From: Basidiobolus meristosporus CBS 931.73
Taxonomy: Eukaryota; Fungi; Basidiobolomycota
DNA: 34,299 nucleotides
Assembly: GCA_002104905.1 (NCBI GenBank)
Contig: MCFE01000805.1
Location: forward strand, 1 to 34,299
Direction: 5' to 3'
Positions 24,478 to 34,299 of this stretch are shown here, piece after piece. The translations under genes and the position numbers were made by a program. Numbering within the stretch: the stretch's first letter is position 1; every line of letters begins with the position of its first letter. The notes beneath the pieces were generated by a model. It was not told the origin of the DNA and did not search any database. It worked only from the letters and a program-made list of their open reading frames with translations.

Positions 24478-24826
24478 TGTTGTAAGAGTCTTGGAGATAT
24501 TGGAAGTGATTGGGAGAACAAGTAGATTATGTGGTTTTCACTTAATGATTTATTGAATGTAAAAGTAGTTTTTATACTTTTACCTGGTCTTGGCATTACA
24601 AACACGTAGAATAGGTTAAGGAAGGTCCCAAAAACATGTGTGCAAAGTTTGGGGCTGTTTGGACAACTTTGAGAATTTTCATGTTCTGGGTACTTGGTAT
24701 TTTGGTGCAAATATTCTAAGTAAATCCCGACAAGGAATTTGGTCAGTATTCTCCAGGATTTGAAGGTAATGATCTAAGTGACTAAGTTAGGTGAATATTT
24801 AGGTGGAAATACAAATTTTTACAACA
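24478..24826 (-). repeat. 5' LTR of the Copia element
   Basis: Direct repeat of 20143-20491. Confidence 0.97.
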
Positions 24827-25204
24827 GTTTATAGTGTGATACGCATTGATTTGCATTTATGTTAAAGAAAATATCCAAATATCAGATTTTACCTACCACA
24901 ATAGTGGTATCTAATTACGCATGTGATGCATATATTACAAGTTGGCAAGATCATCCAAGCCAACCTCATTGTGTCAGATTGTACTATAGTGTGCAAGATT
25001 GTTCCACATAGTGCAAAATTGTCTAAGAGCAATCCTGCCCACTGGTAGCTACAATATTGCACCCAATTATTCTTTGCAATTGTAGCTTGCTCCATACACC
25101 CTGGCACAGTACAATTGAACAGGTTTATTATACTAGCCTTATTGCTGGATTCTGACAGCTGATCTAAATTGGATACACCTGTAGGACCAGTTATTCTCAT
25201 TGGG

Positions 25205-25360
25205 ATCACATAACTGATCACCCACGTATTGCAGCTGCTTAGCTTCTTAATGCCCAAGGCAAAGGTGATTTCATATGCACATCTGTGCTTAGTATTTTGC
25301 TGCTTTTCCTGGCTGTCCTCCCATTCCAATCCATCACATCCATAAGGAGCTTTAAGGTTT
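25205..25360 (-). mobile_element. Short CMC transposase 3' fragment (copy E)
   Basis: Aligns with about 610-760 (AACTGATCACCCAC...GCTTCTTAATGCC). Confidence 0.7.
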
Positions 25361-26252
25361 CCCTATGAGAAATTATTGTGATGATCCCATCAAAAAGCCA
25401 TCACAGATGTAAAGTCCTGTGACTAAGAGGTACTGATCCTGTCAGGACACCATGCACAGAATGTTGAAAAATAATTTCACCCTGATTTCACAAAATATCT
25501 AGCCAAAATTTTTCATCACAACAATATATAAGTGGCTTTTGATTGGTTCCCAGCCAGTATGCTCACTTTCTGATCCCAGACACCTGATCACCTCCTACAT
25601 TTGTGTGTATTGATTGGCTATTGCCTCTTTTCACACTCCTTACTTCCTTGCTCAACCATTTCTCTTACTTTTCATGCCTACAAATTGTTTTTCTCCATTG
25701 TAACTTCAGTTGTAGCACAATTGCCAATTGAATTGACTCATACAAGTCCCCATTCCCTACACTAACATTAAGCCCAACCCCACACTCAATAAGTAACTCC
25801 ATTAATATCCACCACTCATTAAGTATTTCTGCTGTAAAGCTCTTTTCCATGACCTTGATGGGAACCCAACAGCTTTAAGCCACTGTTTATTCACCAGTTC
25901 CCACTTGTCCTGGTCTTCAGCCAGCACTGCACGGTCTAGTACCTCATTGACCAGTCTTTTGAATAAATTCATGCAATATTCAAGTGCATTTTCTTGAGCA
26001 CTGCTCTTGAAAAAGTGCTGCAACCTCTTGGTGTGCCTAGTAATGCTCCAAAACTCCAACAAAAGCATTGTGATAGTCTTTCAAGTTTTTGATGTTGTAG
26101 CCTTGTCTGTGAGTGGGATCTCCACTCTGGCAACAATGGAGGATGTGGAGGCTGTGGTAGACAAGTTGCATTTCTCTGCAAACTCATCTACCTTGCTGGA
26201 ATGTAGCTCAACTGCCTGGGCTTCCAACTCTTGTGAATACAGCTGTTTTCTT
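25361..26252 (+). mobile_element. Left end of the CMC element with the ORF2 C-terminal region in antisense
   Basis: CCCTATGAGAAATTATTGTGATG start; colinear with 6132-7030. Minus ORF 25802..26068 (FKSSAQENALEY...VLAEDQDKWELVNKQW). Confidence 0.85.
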
Positions 26253-27132
26253 CCCTATGAAAAATAATTTGGTCCCACAGGTGGATCCAATCTGGATCAG
26301 CTGTCAGGGTCTTGCTTAGAGAACATCATAATACCAGCAGCTTGGAATTAGTGACCCTCTTAACAATCTTATAATGGGATCACAACAGTGTTTTGCTAAT
26401 TTTACAATCAAACAAATGGATAAAGCTTGACAAGATTTGATTAGTGCTGTGACAATAATTGCATGGTATTGTTGCAATCTTTTTGCGCTCTACAACTATT
26501 TTTAGTGGATCCAACTGGCCAGGACTTCCAATTGCCTTATATGGCAAGACTCCTGATGGTATTTTGACAGCCTTGCAGCAAGACTCTGATGGCATTACAT
26601 CAGCAGTATGACAGCATACAGGTAGTTCTGTATGATGCTACCAGACCAATTTACCAAGTGGTATTTCCTTTTTATACCACCCCTTGTGCAATTCATATTT
26701 TCCACTGTAGAATCACCCCTCTTTATTTGCTTACCCACTACTACCTTGGGTATTCCACATATAGCTCAAATCAGAAGAAACTATGGCCTCCTGCTTATTA
26801 ACCTCTACAAACATGCACTCCTGCCACAATTGACATACTTCTATCACCTTAACTTTAGGGCTTTTTAGTGTGATACTTGCAAAGTTGCCATATACCTTGT
26901 ATTGCTGGTAACATATACATCTTGCAAACATATGCTTGGTTGATGCCACTTCTGCCATGAATACCTCCTGAATATCTGCAAAGAACTTCTTGGTATTTAG
27001 CCAATATGTACCTTCTCCTTGATGGTTGCAGCTAACCCAACTTTGCATTGCTTAACTGATTACCCACACATTGGGGCTGCTTAGCTTCTTAAAGCCATAG
27101 GCATGGGTGTCTCCATGAGCACATTTGTCCTC
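26253..27132 (-). mobile_element. Internally deleted, inverted right part of the CMC element (right TIR, ~120 bp, deletion, then 3' region)
   Basis: 26253-26375 is the reverse complement of about 15150-15273. 26372-27132 is the reverse complement of about 12000-13640, without the fold-back insertion. Confidence 0.8.
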
Positions 27133-27473
27133 AGTCTTGGAGATATTGGGAGTGATTTGGGAGGACAAGTAGATTATGTGGTTTTCACTTAATGATTTAT
27201 TGAATGTAAAAGTAGTACTTAAACTTTTACATGGTCTTGGCATAACAAACATGTAAAATAGGCTTAGAAAGGTCCCAAGGACATGTGTGCAAAGTTTGGG
27301 GCTGTTTTGGCAACTTATCTAAACTTTAGGTTCTGAGCACCTGATATTTTGGTGAAAATACTTTAAGTAAATCCCAACTAGGAATTTAGTCAGTACTCTC
27401 TAGGATCTGAAGGTAATGATCCAAGTGACTAAGCTAAGTGAATCTTTAGGTGGATTTACAAATTTTTACAACA
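27133..27473 (-). repeat. Copia-family solo LTR missing about 8 terminal bp
   Basis: Aligns along its length with 20151-20491; ends TTTTTACAACA. Confidence 0.9.
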
Positions 27474-28232
27474 TATCTTTGATTATGACTGAGACTATTT
27501 GGTATTGATATTAGGTTGAGTGGAGTGTAGTAAGTATTGTGATCAGAACTAAATGTTCACTTAGCTTAGTCACCTAAGCCATAGTCTACAGATCTCAGCA
27601 AAGTCTGGCCAAATTCCTAGTGGGGATATACCTAGAATGTACTGTGGGAGTTTTGGAGATGTTTGAAGGGATTGGGAGCACAAGTAAATTATGTGATTTT
27701 GACTTAATGATTTATTGAATGTAAAAGTGGTTTTATACTTTTACATGGTCTTGGCAAAACAAACATGTAGAATATGCTTAGAAAGATCCCAAGCGCATGT
27801 GTACAAAGCTTATGGCTGTTTGGACAACTGAAAAAAATCTCATGTTCAGGGTACCTGATGTTATGGTGAAAATGATCCAAGTAAATCCCAATAAGGAATT
27901 TGGTCAGTATTCTCTAAGATTTGTAGGTAATGATCTAAGCAGCTAAGTTAGGTAAATATTTAGGTGGAATTACAAATTTTCACAACAGAATATTCTCTCC
28001 AAAATGTAGAGTATCTAGGATGTGAAAAATTATTGAGATGTCTAAACAGCCCCTAACATTGTACATATGTTCTAGAGATCTCCCTAAACATATTCTACAT
28101 GTATGTATTTCCAAGACCATGTAAAAGTGTAAATGCTACTTTTAAATTCAATAAATCATTAAGTGAAAACCAAACATTCTACTTGCTCCCCCCCCCTCAA
28201 TCACTTACAATATCTCCAAAACTCCTACAACA
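27474..28232 (+). mobile_element. Older related Copia relic (pol end, PPT, 3' LTR) in the opposite orientation, split by a nested solo LTR
   Basis: 27474-27639 resembles the reverse complement of about 20375-20545 (pol end, TGAGTGGAG, LTR start). 27988-28232 is the reverse complement of the remaining LTR, ending ACTCCTACAACA. Confidence 0.75.
27640..27987 (-). repeat. Copia-family solo LTR (348 bp) nested in the LTR of the relic
   Basis: Aligns with 20143-20491. Flanked by GAATG (27635-27639) / GAATA (27988-27992). Confidence 0.85.
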
Positions 28233-28771
28233 ATCACCTTCATTATGTAAGAGCATCACATATGCTTTCTAAACCACAGTTGTTACCACCAAAACTAATG
28301 ATCAGTTGATGCTCAATAAAATGGCACAGGAATGTTAGCAACCTGGGAGATCATATCATCTGCCAATGTGTTGCATATGAGAGCAATGGGTTAGAATAAA
28401 CCTCTGATGGATCATGGAGAAACCTAGGTTGCTTAGTGCCACTTGGCCATGGAGTTGACCACAAAAAATCGACAGGGATCCCTAGTTGATGATTGGCGAT
28501 CAAGTGGGGACACCCCGAAATTGTAGGGAAGCTACCACGGGCGACGGGTTTCTAGAAATTTCGGAGAAGAGAGTACAGAAGGCATATAAAGAACGGGACC
28601 CCGGTGCGAGGGAAGGGCACAAGAAAATGAATTCCGTTCAATTAGCAAGGTTGTCTGGATCCATCCTACGTGGCCTCCTTGTTACTAAACGGAATAGAGG
28701 GAATCGCCCGCGCGGGTGGACCCACCTCACCAGAGGGATGGATCCGGGTCGCAATAGGGCGGAGATTCATC

Positions 28772-28777
28772 TATAAA
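28772..28777 (+). promoter_or_regulatory. Candidate TATA box of the orphan gene
   Basis: TATAAA about 65 bp upstream of ATG 28842, preceded by GGGCGG. Position and motif only. Confidence 0.4.
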
Positions 28778-28841
28778 TTCCCCTTCCTCCTCTTTCCGGG
28801 AGGGATTCGAGAATCGATCGCAACTTCATTCAATTCGGTGT

Positions 28842-29547
28842 ATGTGCAGTGAATCTCCCTTTCCACCAGCTGGCGAGGACTTGTTTGGCCAGCGACTCCA
28901 AACGGTGCAACCGGACGCCAACCAGGTGATTTGAGGTTTGCTGCGTGAAGGATTTGGTTGGGCTGGATACTTATGAAGACCTGTTTAGAGAACGACCGAG
29001 GGGTCCGCCTGGGAAGGATTGCTTGACCAGGGGACAGATGGAAGAGGGATAAAGTGGAGGTTACAGAGTGACCAGGAGAAGCACATTAAAAGACTAGGTA
29101 ACTGGTATTGGTTGGCTGGTTGGGGCACCACTTGAGATTCACCAGGCTCACTTCCATTTTAGAGTTCCTGCATGAAAGAGCCAAATCCACCCCGAAGATC
29201 CCCAGCAACGAAGAGAGCTCAGGTAGACGGGAGAGGCCTCTCTTACGACCTTCCTCTGGCTAATACTTTGTTTAGACGAAGAACACGTCGCAGCCTACGA
29301 TTCTGAGGAAGAGGCCGACCCAGATGCCGCCAAGGTGGTGGCGGTAGACGAAGGCCTGTGGTTACTATGGAAGCATAACGACCTCAAATACTCGCCTCAG
29401 GGAGCGGAGCAAGATGCTACCGAGAACACCACCCTTATCCCCTCCAGCTCTGCACCGTCAACACCGGTCTACAAAACGGAAGGGCAGTTTTTGAGCTGGT
29501 TTGACCGACTCGGATTAGCCAACTGCTTTGGATGCTGCTCAGACTGA
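28842..29547 (+). CDS. Hypothetical protein, 174 aa, 4 exons (28842-28925, 28989-29097, 29163-29222, 29276-29547)
   Basis: Three GT-AG introns of 63, 65 and 53 bp give one uninterrupted frame: MCSESPFPPAGEDLFGQ...KWRLQSDQEKHIKRLEFLHERAK...SSDEEHVAAYDSEEE...WFDRLGLANCFGCCSD. Branch-like GCTCAC and GCTAAT occur in introns 2 and 3. The start codon is uncertain. Confidence 0.75.
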
Positions 29548-29717
29548 TTAGCGTTGCTCAACTTATCCACGAATCAATCGAAGTACACCATCTAATCACG
29601 GTGCGCATCCAGTGTTTCGTGAATCCCCTCCCGCCCATTAAAATAGTCCCATCAATTCAATGGTAGAACACTTAAATATTTCCCAATTCGCACTCGTGTT
29701 GCCGCCCCAATGTACCC

Positions 29718-30389
29718 ATGCTAGGTGGCACGACATCTCGTCTCGCTACTGAAGACCATATAAAAGACCTACCCGTCCTAGCTCACCAACATTTACGCGA
29801 GCTGATTATTCCCTTGTTTATCTCCACATCAATGACCCAAACCCGCACGGAAGAGACCACGCCCAACTGGGTGATAAACTCTGTACCGGGCGTTCGACTT
29901 CTGCTGGACCTTCTTCTATTCGCCGCCGGGCTTATTCAAGCCTTCTGGCAGTATTTCCACCAAGTCAAGCGCCACGCCACCCTTACTTCCACCATCCACC
30001 CGACTTACTCATCGCTCAACGACCAGAGTCCTTTGGGGGTGGTCGAGAAATCCCCAGACTATGCTTTGGAGGTGGTCGAGAAATCCCGAGACTATACGCT
30101 GGTCGACATACGACCCGTGCCCATACAAGAGAAGCGGCCAACGGCCATCCCATTCATGTCCTACGCACAATCTGTGTGGTCGGTGGACAATCGGATTCTT
30201 GGCCAGCTCCGACAGCTGGAGCAGGCGCAGTCGTACCTGTTCAGATCGATCAACCTCCTCATAGATAGCCATGAGGGACTGGAGGATGTGGAAGAGCTGG
30301 TGGAAACCCTCAGCTGGGAAGACGACCTCTCCAACATCTCCAAAGCAAACCCAGCCCATCTTCTCATGCACAGAGCACAAGAGAGCTGA
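29718..30389 (+). CDS. Hypothetical protein, 223 aa (or 185 aa from ATG 29832), with a probable TM segment and coiled-coil-like C-terminus
   Basis: Long ORF in CpG-rich DNA. Hydrophobic stretch LLLDLLLFAAGLIQAFWQYF; in-frame 11-aa repeat. Confidence 0.55.
   Translation: MLGGTTSRLATEDHIKDLPVLAHQHLRELIIPLFISTSMTQTRTEETTPNWVINSVPGVRLLLDLLLFAAGLIQAFWQYFHQVKRHATLTSTIHPTYSSLNDQSPLGVVEKSPDYALEVVEKSRDYTLVDIRPVPIQEKRPTAIPFMSYAQSVWSVDNRILGQLRQLEQAQSYLFRSINLLIDSHEGLEDVEELVETLSWEDDLSNISKANPAHLLMHRAQES
30032..30097 (+). repeat. 33-bp tandem repeat x2, encoding (L-G/E-VVEKS-P/R-DY) x2
   Basis: TTTGGGGGTGGTCGAGAAATCCCCAGACTATGC / TTTGGAGGTGGTCGAGAAATCCCGAGACTATAC. Confidence 0.9.
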
Positions 30390-30734
30390 TTGGTGCGTGC
30401 TCGTGACCTTGTTGGTACAACCAAAGCCGGCCCCAGCGGCGCTGTAAATTGTAGATGAGTGGCTCTCCAGCAAGCGAGAGGAACCGACCGTCTTTGTCAC
30501 ATAGTGGAGGAAATCAATCATGACCGGAAGAAATAAATCGAGGCCCATCGTTGTCAGATATGTTTAATACCGTTTGTAAATGTTGAAAATACAAAAATTA
30601 CATAGCATCACCAATGGTAGGTTTCAAACGTTATATATTTATGATGTGAATGTAAACTGGAATGAAAATGACGAGTGGTAGAAGTATGAGTGAGATATGG
30701 GGGCTAAAGTTAGTGTGGCTGGGGGAGATCAGAT

Positions 30735-32412
<1,678 letters not shown>

Positions 32413-33149
32413 GATTACAGTTGGAAATAAGCTGTAAGAACAAAGGAACGTCAAGAACTCAGCGAAATATTATCTTGATGGACAAAAATTTTGGGTGCGA
32501 GGAGAGTTGGATTGTTCCAGGGCCAGCCCATGAAATCCCCTCCTATTGGCTACAAAGACCAAGGTGAATGGGTCATCAGAAGTTGATGGGGGAACGAAGG
32601 TAAAGAATGGGGAAATCGATCTGTAAAGGGTCAGGTCGTGTGGGAAGTTTGGGGAAAGCTCATGAAGGAGAATGCCATAAATTGTGGGCCTGAAAATTGG
32701 TTGCAACTAAACGATTTGATGAAATGCTTTGTTAATTTGGCTTAGCTAAATCAGGTTGGTTAAATGCGGTTTTCTATTGCTCGGGTAGAGATTTTCGATA
32801 CCCATGTGAAATTGGTCCCCCTGGATAGTTTTTTTTTCTCTTTATAAATACATGGCAATTGGTGTGTTATCGTCATGAACCGTTTAGTAGAGTGCATTGC
32901 TCACCTCATACTGAGGATGCCATATGAGTATATGCGCTTGGCTACTAGGTCCCTGTTCCTATCGTTCTGATGGGTCCTTGGGGATTCCATTCGCCGGGAG
33001 CGGTTTTATATAAACCCCAGTTTTAATCACGGAGCTTGAGAAATTCCACTCTTGTTGCGTTTCAAGTCATGGGTACATACTACTATGCAAAATGTCAAAT
33101 TCAAGAAATTGTTGGACGGTCTGATTATTTATATTGTAATATTAAGCGT

Positions 33150-33967
33150 TCATTCGAAAAGGTATATGCGGGAGGCTATATCGCTCACAATCCAATCCAT
33201 TCCTGTCAGAAGGTTTTTTGCCAGTTACCGCACTACAGGTTAAAATGGCCCAATGATGTGCCTGGATAGAGTCTAAATCCAGGGCCTGCAGAAGTGATCA
33301 TGTGAATCTAGTGATATATGATGAATCTCAGGGATCACGTTCCTACCTCTCTGATCTCTTGTTCTGTCAAAGCACCAGCAAGGTCTTGCTTGTTGGCAAG
33401 TACGAGTAGAGTGGCACCGGAAAGCCTCTATATGGAAGTTAGTACGGTGTTACAACTATAGCAGCTACATGTACATAGATCTCCATGCCTCTTCCTTTAA
33501 CAAAGCAGCTAGTTCGTTCTTACAATCTTGCATACGTAATCTATCGGCAGAGTCGACCACCACACCAAGCCATCAGTTTGTTCGAAGTAGTTACGCCAGT
33601 ACGAACGGATGGACTTTTGGCCTCCAACATCCCATATGTTTAATTTGAATCTAAGGAGAGTCGGGTCAGCTCCATTCTCCGTTTGAGCCAAAATCATACG
33701 TTACGGTACCCCACTGTGCTCTAGAGTCTTAATATTAAAACCCAAAGTGGGAGAGATCGTGTTTATATCCTCCCCATTAATTCTTTTTGAGAATGGTCGT
33801 CTTGCCGGCATTATCTAAACCACTAGTGTCAATAAAGGCAAATGTGATTGGTCACTTCGTAAGCATGGGTCGGAAAGCGGAAAATCGAAGGTTTACTTTA
33901 CAGCATCAGCAGACGCATCTCCTTTTCCTTCTGTCTATTCTTTTTTTAGGATGGTTAGTAGACCCAT
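33150..33967 (-). CDS. ARL2: ADP-ribosylation factor-like GTPase 2 (ARL2/Alp41/Cin4 family), 5 exons; at least four 1-bp homopolymer indels in this sequence
   Basis: After correcting the indels it reads MGLLTILKK...[16 protein letters not shown]...[59 protein letters not shown]...[12 protein letters not shown]. Exons approx. 33967-33902, 33822-33710, 33650-33489, 33427-33347, 33285-33150. Confidence 0.92.
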
Positions 33968-34299
33968 GATGTATGTTGTGTCTATCGGAAGGAAGATGCC
34001 GTAAAACAGCAAACTGTTCATCAACAAAAAGCCAAGAAAAACAAGGATCATTATCACGTGTTAGCGAGGCAATCCTTAATATCATGGAAAGAGTTAGCGT
34101 AGATTTAGGTTAGCCGTATTTACACATTTGATTTTATCTCTTGTTTTTTATTCCCTTTACTATTTACAACCCCTTTTCTATATTGCCGGCTTGGCACGAG
34201 ACGCTCATACTTGGCTATTTTTGATCTTGAATAACCTAGATTCCCTTCCCTATTTTTCAAATTCGTTCGAATACCTGGAAGAACCGTGTATTGTCTCGT

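Larger units (their letters stand above)
20143..24826 (-). mobile_element. Full-length Ty1/copia LTR retrotransposon (4684 bp), inactivated
   Basis: Two 349-bp TG...CA LTRs. Perfect 5-bp TSD GTTTA (20138-20142 / 24827-24831). PBS, PPT, and gag-PR-IN-RT-RH domain order. Confidence 0.98.

Noticed and set aside
24447-24710. N-terminal extension of ORF 24165..24710 and the similar ORFs 20130..20330 and 27052..27252
   Set aside because: They are translations of LTR sequence; the plausible gag start is ATG 24446, downstream of the PBS.
1-28465. Classical Neurospora-type RIP (CpA>TpA)
   Set aside because: CA/TG dinucleotides are abundant; the depleted dinucleotide is CG.
28486-28852. ORFs 28486..28776 and 28670..28852
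   Set aside because: Short, motif-free, and overlapping the likely promoter of the spliced gene at 28842.
30009-30548. 179-aa minus-strand ORF
   Set aside because: Overlaps the 29718..30389 ORF in antisense; no independent support.

Overview
Eukaryotic, very probably fungal, DNA (short GT/GC-AG introns with CTRAY branch points, nuclear-encoded mitochondrial ATP2). It has two sharply separated compartments. (1) About 1-28465 is a nested transposon island with almost no CpG. It holds many decayed pieces of one CMC/EnSpm (CACTA-like) DNA transposon family, with CCCTATG termini, a Tnp2/DUF4218-type transposase and a divergent second ORF. It also holds two 734-bp fold-back elements with 3-bp AWT target duplications, a 669-bp solo LTR, a full-length but inactivated Ty1/copia element (349-bp LTRs, GTTTA TSD, half-tRNAiMet-type PBS), a stack of related LTRs, a Copia RT relic and a Gypsy gag relic. 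Surviving CpGs almost never occur as TCG/CGA, which points to TpCpG-biased RIP-like or methylation-driven hypermutation. (2) About 28465-34299 is CpG-rich genic DNA: a 4-exon orphan gene missed by the ORF track, a second orphan ORF, ATP synthase beta (ATP2, 2 exons) and ARL2 (5 exons, with homopolymer frameshifts that may be assembly errors). All counts and alignments were done by eye. The host taxon is not determined.
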